A stretch of DNA of 64,000 nucleotides from IMG/VR virus record IMGVR_UViG_3300025889_000070; one strand, 5' to 3'. Position numbers and translations under genes: made by a program. Below are positions 8,201 through 16,132 of this stretch, one piece after another. Origin of the DNA: a virus (taxonomy: Duplodnaviria; Caudoviricetes). The notes beneath the pieces were generated by a model that worked only from the letters and a program-made list of their open reading frames with translations, ran no database searches and was not told where the DNA came from. Each line of letters begins with the position of its first letter. Position 1 is the stretch's first letter.

Positions 8201-9852
8201 GCAGACTCGAAAAGTTCTACAAGCGTTTTGGTTTCGTATTCAACAAAGGACGCAACAAACATTATAGTTTTAGAGAAACAATGATTCGCTATCCTCAGGG
8301 CCCTGAAGCACGAGCAACAGTAAAAGATATAGCAGGCGAATCTCAACTAAATGAACGTGCTACTGATATAGTCTATCACTATACCACAATTGGCCCAGCA
8401 TTAAACATTTTAAAATCCGGTGAGTTTCAGTTAAGCAGCGTAGTAGGTGTCGATTCCGAGCAGGCTATTAATCCCCAGGGTTATAACTTTTTTCTAAGCA
8501 CTGCCCGCAGCAAAGGTGGCGAATACCACAGTAGAGTTGGCAATTCAGCAGTAATGTTTGTATTGAATGGACGTTGGATTAGTGATCGTTATCCAGTTAA
8601 ACCAGTGGATTATTGGGCTGGGTTCTCTATTGCTGGGCGTAACAAAGAAGCAGAGGATCGTATATTCAGCAAAGATCCTACTATGCCCATAGACCCTGTT
8701 ACAAGTATACATGTTTTACTAAAAGAAAAGCATCCATTTGCTAGTGCTAAGACCAGACAATTCATAATACAGGCAAAAATACTGGGTATACCAACTTACT
8801 TGTATAAAGATGAATCTGCGTGGAAATTACAGAATACTGCCAAAGCAGCCAGTGTAGAGCAAATGAAAAGTGAACTAAGTGGCCCAGAAACGTTTCGCAG
8901 TGGTGGTAGCGGATCGCGCTGGTTAAAACCCTGGCTTGAAGTTATATTTGGCAAAACCGACGCCGATCTAGGTAAAAAAGCTAAAGACTTGGTAAGAGGT
9001 TTCCGCTATTATCATAACGATGGCGATGACCACGGACTAGGAAATGAACTTAGCAATGCTAGAAAGCCAGGCAATTTAGACCGAGAAGATGCGGTTAAGA
9101 TTCTAAAGTTTATGCGACAGAATCGTATGGCCACACACAAAGATCTAGTAAACTATCTAGTAGACAAGTGGAAAGTAAAAGACGAATCCATAAACGAAGC
9201 AGGTGTTGGGCGTATTACTAAACAGAACGCAACCAAAGACGCACCAATTGGTAGCGAGTATGCAAACGTTAAGAAGCTAGGTTTGGGTAGTGGTAAGCCC
9301 AAAGAGCTACATGTTAAAGCAAGAAAGAATTCAGATCCCAATACACTATTCAATCTTGGACTTGCAGAAGACAAACATCGTGACGTTATAGTTCACTTTG
9401 TTGGATTTTGCCAGGATAAACTTAACCTGCCCAGTTTGCCAAAAATAACTGTAGCAGATAAAATTGATGACACAACCTTTGGTCAATATGATACAGAAAA
9501 TAAAGACATATGTGTAAGAACCGGTGACAGGCATATAATGGATGTGCTGAGAACACTAGCACACGAACTTGTACATCACAAACAGAGAACAATAACACCT
9601 GATTTAGATGGTAGCGATGGCAGTGATCATGAAAATCAAGCCAATGCTGTTGCTGGAGTACTACTAAGAAAGTATGGACAAAAGCATCCAAAACTATACG
9701 AACATCTACAGGAGAGAGCCAGCATAGGAATACCATTAAGCAGTGGACTTACAGTTACCCTAGCACCACATAGAGCTCTAAAGATTAAAAAATCCACGAA
9801 GGGGAGGCACAGCTATGAAAACCCTAAAACTAAACGAAAAAATTCTAAATGA
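5272..9852 (+). CDS. multi-domain putative head-internal polyprotein: HxGH nucleotidyltransferase, ParB-like, lytic transglycosylase, GNAT, ADP-ribosyltransferase-like, HExxH metallopeptidase
   Basis: GRFHPFHKGH; ELIGGNTRLTA; AANKYGVDPEIAIKVAQAEG..SYGPFQL; RGSGIGTRVM..FYKRFGF; VYHYTT..FLSTAR..EAEDRI; RTLAHELVHHKQ. Domains are separated by (I/L/V)-x-E motifs. Confidence 0.75.
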   Translation: MRIHEAIQQVVAIYPGRFHPFHKGHASVYTYLRNKFDTVFIATSDKVDPPKSPFSFAEKRQMMIAAGVPASAIVQTKNPYQAQEILQAYDPATTAVVFAVSEKDMAEDPRFAFKPKKDGSPSYFQPMAPNAKQLQTFDKHGYITTVPTLDFTVLGEPMRSATELRSNFAAADEETKKKIITDLYGKYDDNVYKIMSTKITEAEEDDSFKYLSKAGDPVYGHSVFGGNKGVAVKAYKNLNHIINDLKELDLEQKLDKETKRRILQQIEDIKNIILRIQTESQMLEDYDRLGGIIKRIWTLDLQRPLSEDVKKNVIKNIRLATEAWSAKYKRSIDCDNPRGFSQRAHCQGRKKTESFPDLDIEDLEKEEKRQKKLRRQRDLDKILRDMEGIQQQLDPREYPGIDVDVYRQRRKKFRKDNKPYLITGLDQEELDEGDLIPFPDDTIVIDNESDQDWYELGKDISDLSKANKRHYGHANSDTIMSFMGPEEMKFVRDRISKFTGLKNAITKHTPYYELTREQQESLLGKVKDLTETIRNIHSKLAEGFSQPRFDVEWEEANRYPEFRKIGKEAWIELAKTGRAVTITDASDIENTDAADPDSFKSLDPNKQKRALAQLEKDNVEMPIVAVYSDGYKELIGGNTRLTAMMAKNGQATIWQFEVPDSVAELAQGVAESIRKTGSQYTVYSKKGKRMGTYPSKKQAKKRLQQIEYFKHVGESKDNNTSQGFLDKIKIVIDKFIDNKNSGNMDRLAMDKKELNQAITAAANKYGVDPEIAIKVAQAEGGTIYQSNIIKGNKRERSYGPFQLYKDGGLGNEYEKEYNTDLSKENSPELIKRQIDFAMRKAKELGWKPWYGAARVGIGDREGLDTQKISIGVNTAQAAQPPKTDVTDFEKALQRVQSKLKEDVAKDVKDLEAEFPGLYLDLYKTKAGYILGKIELPKQERGSGIGTRVMQRIVDIADSEGEVVALTPDTAFGASSKGRLEKFYKRFGFVFNKGRNKHYSFRETMIRYPQGPEARATVKDIAGESQLNERATDIVYHYTTIGPALNILKSGEFQLSSVVGVDSEQAINPQGYNFFLSTARSKGGEYHSRVGNSAVMFVLNGRWISDRYPVKPVDYWAGFSIAGRNKEAEDRIFSKDPTMPIDPVTSIHVLLKEKHPFASAKTRQFIIQAKILGIPTYLYKDESAWKLQNTAKAASVEQMKSELSGPETFRSGGSGSRWLKPWLEVIFGKTDADLGKKAKDLVRGFRYYHNDGDDHGLGNELSNARKPGNLDREDAVKILKFMRQNRMATHKDLVNYLVDKWKVKDESINEAGVGRITKQNATKDAPIGSEYANVKKLGLGSGKPKELHVKARKNSDPNTLFNLGLAEDKHRDVIVHFVGFCQDKLNLPSLPKITVADKIDDTTFGQYDTENKDICVRTGDRHIMDVLRTLAHELVHHKQRTITPDLDGSDGSDHENQANAVAGVLLRKYGQKHPKLYEHLQERASIGIPLSSGLTVTLAPHRALKIKKSTKGRHSYENPKTKRKNSK

Positions 9853-10138
9853 GGAGAAACTATATGATGAACAATTACAACAATGCCTGGAAGAACTTGA
9901 ACAACTCATTGAAGATTTTAAAGGTCGTGCCAAACCTGGTAGTAGGCCAGGAAGTCTAAAGAGAAAAGCAAGTCAGTATTTAGGCAAAGGCGTAGGAGAT
10001 AAGTTAAGTAAAAGTGAACTAAGACGACTTAGAGCTAAGGCAAACAAAATGAAAACTTCTGATAAAAAAGAAGAGCGTGATCGTGGCATACAACTGGGTC
10101 GTCAAGTAAGTTTTGCTTTTAACATGCGGAAAGAATAA
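9815..10138 (+). CDS. basic putative internal head protein
   Basis: Strong GGGGAGG SD; LNE/LIE motifs followed by a Lys/Arg-rich segment. Confidence 0.6.
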   Translation: MKTLKLNEKILNEEKLYDEQLQQCLEELEQLIEDFKGRAKPGSRPGSLKRKASQYLGKGVGDKLSKSELRRLRAKANKMKTSDKKEERDRGIQLGRQVSFAFNMRKE

Positions 10139-10401
10139 TGAAACTAGTATGTGAAATACACACAAAAGACAGTTCTAATACTCCCAGTTATAGAGTTTAT
10201 GTTAACGGCGAGTTAATGACGGAACGTGATTATGTTGTTCCAGAAACAGAGCAGGGACACTATAACTTTGTGTGTGATCTAGATTTACCAGCCGGCGAAA
10301 ATAAACTGGAAGTTGTAGGTATAAATCATGAGTTCGGACTGGGTAAAATGTGGCTGGATAGACGAAAGATTATTCACAACCAGGGAGTATTTACGTTATG
10401 A
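10138..10401 (+). CDS. hypothetical protein
   Basis: 87-aa ORF with TAATG coupling to the upstream gene. Confidence 0.6.
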   Translation: MKLVCEIHTKDSSNTPSYRVYVNGELMTERDYVVPETEQGHYNFVCDLDLPAGENKLEVVGINHEFGLGKMWLDRRKIIHNQGVFTL

Positions 10402-10589
10402 AAATTCATGAACTATTGGAAACAGCAAGTACCGGCGCTACAACAAGTGGTAATATTGCCACTGTAGCTAATCCCAGTGTAGCCCGGTCAAACGGCAAGC
10501 CAAAAATGCAAAAACCCACTGACAATGCCCTAGACAATGATGTCAACTTGTTTAGTGGTGGTGCTATCAAACGTAATAAGCAGCGTTAG
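10398..10589 (+). CDS. small putative internal head protein
   Basis: N-terminus MKIHELLE resembles neighbouring N-termini. Confidence 0.55.
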   Translation: MKIHELLETASTGATTSGNIATVANPSVARSNGKPKMQKPTDNALDNDVNLFSGGAIKRNKQR

Positions 10590-10597
10590 CATAAATA
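10590..10597 (+). promoter_or_regulatory. T4-like late promoter (CATAAATA)
   Basis: Intergenic NATAAATA motif. Confidence 0.55.
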
Positions 10598-10621
10598 CAC
10601 ATATAACTTGCAGGGATTCAT

Positions 10622-11170
10622 ATGGATAACTTTAGACATTTAATTGATTTAATTGACACTAACTCCAGCAATACTTTGACTGAGTCTCAAACCCAGCTAG
10701 TTCATGAATGGATAGTTGATTTTTTACATGATCATATTACCAAAGAGGAACTGCTTATAAAGATAGATGAATCTGGTTTAGATAGAGAACAAGTTAAGGA
10801 AGCCTTTTGGGCACCATTCACTGCGTTAGCGGGTGCGGGCATCGGCGCCGCGGCCGTTGCAGCTGATAAAGGTCTCAATCCATTAAAATGGAGCAAAGGT
10901 GACTGGGCTAGCATAGGCACAGATGCCGCATTAGGTGCTACTGGTGCAGGATTAGCTGGAGTAGCAGGTCGTGCTCTAGCAAAAACAGGAGCCAAAAAGG
11001 GCGGGCAGTGGCTTGCTAAAAAACTTACTGGCACCAATGCAACTAAAGCAGCAGCAAATGTAACAAACAAACAAATAGCTAAAAATGCGGCCAAGACTGG
11101 AGGAAAATGGGGTGCTACTACCGCAGCTATAGATAGTGGCATTAATCTTATGGGCGCCGGCAGCGCATAA
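10622..11170 (+). CDS. putative internal/ejection protein with Gly/Ala-rich hydrophobic helices
   Basis: LTE and VKE motifs, then glycine-zipper-like ALAGAGIGAAAVAA and AALGATGAGLAGVAG. Confidence 0.55.
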   Translation: MDNFRHLIDLIDTNSSNTLTESQTQLVHEWIVDFLHDHITKEELLIKIDESGLDREQVKEAFWAPFTALAGAGIGAAAVAADKGLNPLKWSKGDWASIGTDAALGATGAGLAGVAGRALAKTGAKKGGQWLAKKLTGTNATKAAANVTNKQIAKNAAKTGGKWGATTAAIDSGINLMGAGSA

Positions 11171-11191
11171 TGTATATACAGGGAAATAGTA

Positions 11192-12400
11192 ATGAGATTT
11201 AATGAATTTAATAATACATTAACAGAACAAGAAAAACATGTTAATCACCAGCTAAAACTCTTTTTGGAAGGTTCTATCACAAAACAAGATTTTATAGAAA
11301 CTTTGCAAAAAAGCAAACTTGATGAAATCGACTTCACGAAATTGGCTAAGTTAGGCAGTGCAGGTTGGGGAAAGGTCCAGGACTTTTTTTCAGGTGCAGG
11401 AAAAGGTTTTGGTGGTGCATCGGGTCAAGCACGGGACCAGGCTGGGCGATACGTTAGTAAAGGCAGCGCAATGCAGAGAGGGCAAAATGTTGGCGGAGCT
11501 GTTCGAAACAATCCCGGTAAGGTTGCCGCCGGCGCCGCGGCCGCCGGCGCGGTCGCCGGATCAGCATTAGGAAACAATGATATCGTTGACGCAAACACAG
11601 CCATGGCTGCTCCAACAACTGCTCCAGCTAACATGGATGATAGTAGTTTTGGCAAAGCATTTGCAGCAGCACGTAAACAACACGGCGGCCCTGGTGGTAA
11701 ATTTACATGGCGTGGTAAAGAATATCAAACAAATGTCAAAGGCGAAAAGTACGTAAAAAATCCAACAGCAGTTAGCTTTGGCGGTTCAGCGAATCCTCCA
11801 AGAAAACCAGCTACAGGACCAGGTGGGGGACAAGGTGAGACACCTGTTCAATCTGGTGGCGCAGCCGGCGAGTTTGGTGGAACTCCAACAACTACTCAAA
11901 CACCTGTTCAATCTGGTGGTGCAGCCGGCGAGTTTGGTGGAACTCAAACAACTACTCCAACACCTGTTCAATCTGGTGGTGCAGCCGGCGAGTTTGGTGG
12001 AACTCAAACAACTACTCCAACACCCGCTCAACCAGCTACAGGACCAACTGATAATCAAATAGCAACAAGAATACTAGCAAGAACCGCTGCTAAAGACTTA
12101 ACAGGTAAAGATTTATCAAATCAAGAACTTCTAAGAGGATTAAAAGCAGACATAAAAAAGGGTGGAGTAGGCACGGCAGGATTGATGCAAAAAATGCGTA
12201 ATATTGAGAGAGGTGACATGGGCGATGATAGTGAATTTGCTGATACTGGTGCAATGACTAGAAAAACTGAAAAAATGCCTAAAGCGTTTGGCATTGGACC
12301 GCGTGTTGATGATACAAAAGGTGGTGAAACAGTTAAAACTCCGTTTGGATTTAGTTATAAAACTCTACCAAAAGCCAATGATCTTAGCGATAGAAATTAA
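11192..12400 (+). CDS. putative internal head protein with low-complexity repeats
   Basis: MRFNEF..LTE N-terminus; SFGKAFAAARK..GKFTWRGKEY module; 20-aa tandem repeats. Confidence 0.6.
   Translation: MRFNEFNNTLTEQEKHVNHQLKLFLEGSITKQDFIETLQKSKLDEIDFTKLAKLGSAGWGKVQDFFSGAGKGFGGASGQARDQAGRYVSKGSAMQRGQNVGGAVRNNPGKVAAGAAAAGAVAGSALGNNDIVDANTAMAAPTTAPANMDDSSFGKAFAAARKQHGGPGGKFTWRGKEYQTNVKGEKYVKNPTAVSFGGSANPPRKPATGPGGGQGETPVQSGGAAGEFGGTPTTTQTPVQSGGAAGEFGGTQTTTPTPVQSGGAAGEFGGTQTTTPTPAQPATGPTDNQIATRILARTAAKDLTGKDLSNQELLRGLKADIKKGGVGTAGLMQKMRNIERGDMGDDSEFADTGAMTRKTEKMPKAFGIGPRVDDTKGGETVKTPFGFSYKTLPKANDLSDRN
11840..12019 (+). repeat. 3 x 60-bp in-frame tandem repeat (TPVQSGGAAGEFGGTxTTTx)
   Basis: Units start at 11840, 11900 and 11960 (acacctgttcaatctggtgg...). 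Confidence 0.95.
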
Positions 12401-12414
12401 TAGGATTTTATACG

Positions 12415-13446
12415 ATGAAAGACATACTAGACAAACTTGATAATATTATAAACGAAGGCATGCTGGGTGATATGGCTCATGCCTGTGAAGCAGATCATGA
12501 AGTTCAAATGGCCCGAGCAGACCTTTACAAAATTGCCAAGTATGCTATTAAACTACACGACATAATGAAGAGTGTTAGTGAAATTCAGGGTATCCAGGGC
12601 TGGCAACAGGCAAAGATTACCAAAGCTGCTGATTATTTGAGCAGTGTATATCACAACATGGACTATGAAATGAGTCCACTTAATCAGCCTGAAGTAGAAC
12701 CTGATGAGGCAATGCAGCGGATGGCTTTTGATCTTGCTAGTGAAAGCAAAGAGACAGTTAAAGAAAGTAGAATGAGCTACAGTGATGCAGAAAAATTAGG
12801 CAGCGCCGGCGCAAGTAAAATTGATAATGTTCTTCGTAGAAAAATTTATGACATGGGCAAAGACATCAGAGACATTGAGCCTGGCACTTTAGATAGGATG
12901 AGATATCAGGTGGCAAAAGAACTAGGACTTGTTGAATCTATAGAAATTGATGAGGGTTCGAAAACATTTGGTTCTGCTAGGAAAAAGGCAGAGGCTAGCA
13001 GACAACGAGCAATAGAAAAAGCAAAGAGATGGATGAAGTCTACTGGGAAATCCGCCGAGGACGCAGTAAAAGAATTTGATTTGTTTCCTAGTGATATTAG
13101 AAAACTCAAAGAAGAAGCAGGGTATACCGACGAAGAACGTAAAGCTATGGACGATTTAGTTAATTCACTTGGAGCACTTGGAGGTCATAGGGATATGAAG
13201 AAGCCTAGATATGACCCAGATATGGTGAAGAAGCCTGGATATGACCCAGATATAATCGTGCAGCAGCCTAGATATGACCCAGATATGGTGAAGAAGCCTG
13301 GATATGACCCACGGGTCTATGACCCGGGTATGGAACGTGATCGTACACAAGGTTTAGATCAAGATTTTAGCAAGCGTGTGCAACAACAAAATCAAAAGAA
13401 TATGAAGTTAAACAATAGTAAATTCAGCGATTGGGGTAAAAAATAA
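12415..13446 (+). CDS. putative internal head protein
   Basis: IINE, VKE, IDE and LKE motifs; DHEVQMARADLYKIAKYAIKLH..GWQQAKITKAADYLSSVYH helical module; YDP repeats. Confidence 0.6.
   Translation: MKDILDKLDNIINEGMLGDMAHACEADHEVQMARADLYKIAKYAIKLHDIMKSVSEIQGIQGWQQAKITKAADYLSSVYHNMDYEMSPLNQPEVEPDEAMQRMAFDLASESKETVKESRMSYSDAEKLGSAGASKIDNVLRRKIYDMGKDIRDIEPGTLDRMRYQVAKELGLVESIEIDEGSKTFGSARKKAEASRQRAIEKAKRWMKSTGKSAEDAVKEFDLFPSDIRKLKEEAGYTDEERKAMDDLVNSLGALGGHRDMKKPRYDPDMVKKPGYDPDIIVQQPRYDPDMVKKPGYDPRVYDPGMERDRTQGLDQDFSKRVQQQNQKNMKLNNSKFSDWGKK
13198..13332 (+). repeat. about 4 x 30-33-bp in-frame repeat (KKPxYDPDMV)
   Basis: aagaagcct(a/g)gatatgacccagatat repeated. Confidence 0.9.
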
Positions 13447-13967
13447 TGAGCGATTTTGCAAGTTTAGTAGCAAAGCTAAATGAAATTAGTGCCAATGAGG
13501 ACACGCTAACAGAAAGTGAAGTCTCCGGAGTAAACCTTTATCAGCCTGTGGAAACCATTAAGGGCACAAAATCTACTGCTAATATCCTACGCAAGTTTAG
13601 TGAAATACAGGATGAGATTATTGCTGAAGAACGTCAAATGGAAGAAGATGTTGTAAGTGATATCCGTACACGTTACAGCGACTTTATGAAAAGCGAAACA
13701 GCCCAAGGCAACGATCTAAACACAATCAATGTTGCAGTTAAAGAAGCAACGAGTTCTGCAATGGCTATTGATGATAGTTTTAACAAAATGTTTAATATGA
13801 TGGACCGCTTGTTGAAAGTAACAGGAGAAGATGCTGTTCTCAGTAGAATGGTAGAGCGTGAAGGCGGTGATCCTTCATGGATTGCAGACGCACATCAAAA
13901 ACTCGTTGAAGCTATGGAAGCTCTAGAAGAAGCTCATATGTATGCTGTTAGAGAATTAGAGAAATAA
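13446..13967 (+). CDS. acidic helical hypothetical protein, putative head-internal
   Basis: LNE, LTE and VKE motifs; coupled to the upstream stop. Confidence 0.55.
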   Translation: MSDFASLVAKLNEISANEDTLTESEVSGVNLYQPVETIKGTKSTANILRKFSEIQDEIIAEERQMEEDVVSDIRTRYSDFMKSETAQGNDLNTINVAVKEATSSAMAIDDSFNKMFNMMDRLLKVTGEDAVLSRMVEREGGDPSWIADAHQKLVEAMEALEEAHMYAVRELEK

Positions 13968-13970
13968 AAA

Positions 13971-15728
13971 ATGACCAATCCTACACAAATTCGTAAATAT
14001 ATAAATATTTTACTAGAAGCTACTCAGTCTTCTAACTTAAAACAAAATTATGAAAAGTTGCTAGCAACCCTAGAATTAACACCAGGCAGCGATGAAGGAT
14101 TCTTTGGCAGAAATTTTCGTAACAATCGTAACAATGAAAAACTAGCTCAGTTTGCAAGAGATAATAATTTACCTGGCATGTTTAATCCTGAAACTGGTCG
14201 TTTTGTCAAGTTCGGTGAAGACCCCGAAGGCGCCGGGCCCACTGATACAGTTGATGATGCTGCACTCGCTAGTATGGATGATCTAGAACAACTAGCGGCT
14301 ATTGGAGCTCTCCCTGCTAATGTAGTAGACGAGCTTAATCAGGAAGTAGAATATTATGATACTGGAGAAAGAAGTTTATCCAGAAGAGATATTTTAGGTA
14401 ATATTTTTGGTGATCCAAATCCCGAGTATAGAGACAGACTTTTAGGCATTCTTAAGAAAAATCAAGGAGGTGCTAAGAAAGACGTCCAACCTAAAAGTAA
14501 ATCCCAACCTAACAAAGAACTAGACATAGGCGCTGATAAAGATATGCCCAAGGGTGGAACTGCTCCGGTTAGCCCTGTACAAGGACCTGAGGAACTACCT
14601 GACCTTCCACCTAACCCCCTGGATGCACCTGAGGCACCATCAAGCGCAGGAAGTAAACCAGATGATATTCCAGCTAGCCCCCTGGATGCACCTGAGGCAC
14701 CATCAAGCGCAGGAAGTAAACCAGATGATATTCCAGCTAGCCCCATGGATGCACCAGATGCAGCATCAAGCGCAAGAAGTAAACCCGATCCTAATGTAAA
14801 TCCTTTAGCAAATAAACCAGGCGATTATACTGGTGCAGATGGTATAGAAGATATGGGCACAGGAATGTTTGTTAAGCCTGAGCCTTCTAATAAAGAACTA
14901 GACATAGACGCTGATAAGGCTATTAAACCTAAAAAAGCATCATTATCCTCTGAACCAGACCCATCAAGTAAATATTTCGGAAAGAGCGGACATATGGGCC
15001 AAAAGAGCAAGGCAGAAATAAAGGCTCTTCAAACACAACTTAAAAACGCAGGGTATAATCCTGGCGACGCAGATGGTATTATAGGCAAGAATACAACGGC
15101 TGCGATCAAAAAATTACAAAGGGATTCCGGAATAGCAGTTGATGGATTATTTGGTAAAGATTCCCTGAATGCATTAGCACAAAAATTGCGTAATGATTCT
15201 ACAATTAAAGAACAAATGGAAACATTTCTTAATGAAGGACCAGAGGAGAAAAAAGCTGTAGTAGACGCAATTAGAAAATTAGGCACTACTGATGAAGTAA
15301 GACAGTGGATGGGTCAACAAGGACATAATCTAGATAATATGTCAGATGATGAAGTTGTTAGCAATATTATTAGACCTTACTATAAAGCAGCAATGATGGG
15401 CGGTATTCAAGCAAAAAGAATGGGAATAGATCCTAAAAAAATTGATTCTCTTGTAAGTCAAGCTAAGAACATGCTTCCATTAGCTGGTTTAGCTCAGCTG
15501 GTCGGATACAAGCCCAGTGTTGGTTTGCGTGGTAAAGTGACTACGCCTGGTTTGGACAAAGTTAGACCTGCTGTGATTGACGTTGATCCAAGTGCTAGTG
15601 ATGTTCAAACAGCGGTTGATGTTTATGATAAATTGCGTGGAAATTTTCCAAAAGCAGCAGATATGTTTGACCAGGGAGAATATAAAAACGCCATCTATCA
15701 AATATATAAACGCATGGCAGACAAGTAA
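13971..15728 (+). CDS. putative internal protein with peptidoglycan-binding (PG_binding_1-like) domain and Pro-rich repeats
   Basis: IKALQTQLKNAGYNPGDADGIIGKNTTAAIKKLQRDSGIAVDGLFGKDS is a typical PG-binding domain. Confidence 0.7.
   Translation: MTNPTQIRKYINILLEATQSSNLKQNYEKLLATLELTPGSDEGFFGRNFRNNRNNEKLAQFARDNNLPGMFNPETGRFVKFGEDPEGAGPTDTVDDAALASMDDLEQLAAIGALPANVVDELNQEVEYYDTGERSLSRRDILGNIFGDPNPEYRDRLLGILKKNQGGAKKDVQPKSKSQPNKELDIGADKDMPKGGTAPVSPVQGPEELPDLPPNPLDAPEAPSSAGSKPDDIPASPLDAPEAPSSAGSKPDDIPASPMDAPDAASSARSKPDPNVNPLANKPGDYTGADGIEDMGTGMFVKPEPSNKELDIDADKAIKPKKASLSSEPDPSSKYFGKSGHMGQKSKAEIKALQTQLKNAGYNPGDADGIIGKNTTAAIKKLQRDSGIAVDGLFGKDSLNALAQKLRNDSTIKEQMETFLNEGPEEKKAVVDAIRKLGTTDEVRQWMGQQGHNLDNMSDDEVVSNIIRPYYKAAMMGGIQAKRMGIDPKKIDSLVSQAKNMLPLAGLAQLVGYKPSVGLRGKVTTPGLDKVRPAVIDVDPSASDVQTAVDVYDKLRGNFPKAADMFDQGEYKNAIYQIYKRMADK
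14616..14790 (+). repeat. about 3 x 63-bp in-frame tandem repeat (PLDAPEAPSSAGSKPDDIPAS)
   Basis: Units start at 14616, 14679 and 14742; the third is diverged. Confidence 0.9.
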
Positions 15729-15739
15729 TAAGAGTTATT

Positions 15740-16132
15740 ATGCGTTTTACAGAAATTATAGAGGGCAAAAAAGATGCTTGCTATCGCAAAGTAAAATCAC
15801 GCTACAAAGTATGGCCCAGTGCATATGCTAGCGGTGCTCTTGTAAAGTGTCGCAAGGTTGGTGCTAAAAACTGGGGAAATAAGACCCAGGAAGATGTACA
15901 AGAAGATTTACAGAAGTGGTTTAAAGAAAAGTGGGTACGTTTTGGACCTGATGGTAAGATCCGTGGAGACTGTGCTAGAGATAATGACAGTGAAGGTAAA
16001 CCCAAGTGTTTACCACAGAAAAAAGCACATGCACTAGGTAAAAAGGGACGTAAGAAAGCAGCCAGTAGAAAGCGCAGAGAAGATCCTAAAAAGAACAGAC
16101 GCGGCAAGGCAAAGAATGTGAAAACAAAATGA
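15740..16132 (+). CDS. very basic putative internal head protein
   Basis: MRFTEIIE N-terminus; ACYRKVKSRYKVWPSAYASGALVKCRK and LQKWFKEKWV..PKCLP modules. Confidence 0.6.
   Translation: MRFTEIIEGKKDACYRKVKSRYKVWPSAYASGALVKCRKVGAKNWGNKTQEDVQEDLQKWFKEKWVRFGPDGKIRGDCARDNDSEGKPKCLPQKKAHALGKKGRKKAASRKRREDPKKNRRGKAKNVKTK

Noticed and set aside
9865-9960. AGGAG-preceded 31-aa ORF inside the 9815 gene
   Set aside because: The 9815 frame has a stronger SD and fits the LNE-motif family; the short ORF has no support.
11840-14790. Tandem repeats as possible CRISPR arrays
   Set aside because: Unit lengths are multiples of 3, in frame within ORFs, with no unique spacers and no cas genes.
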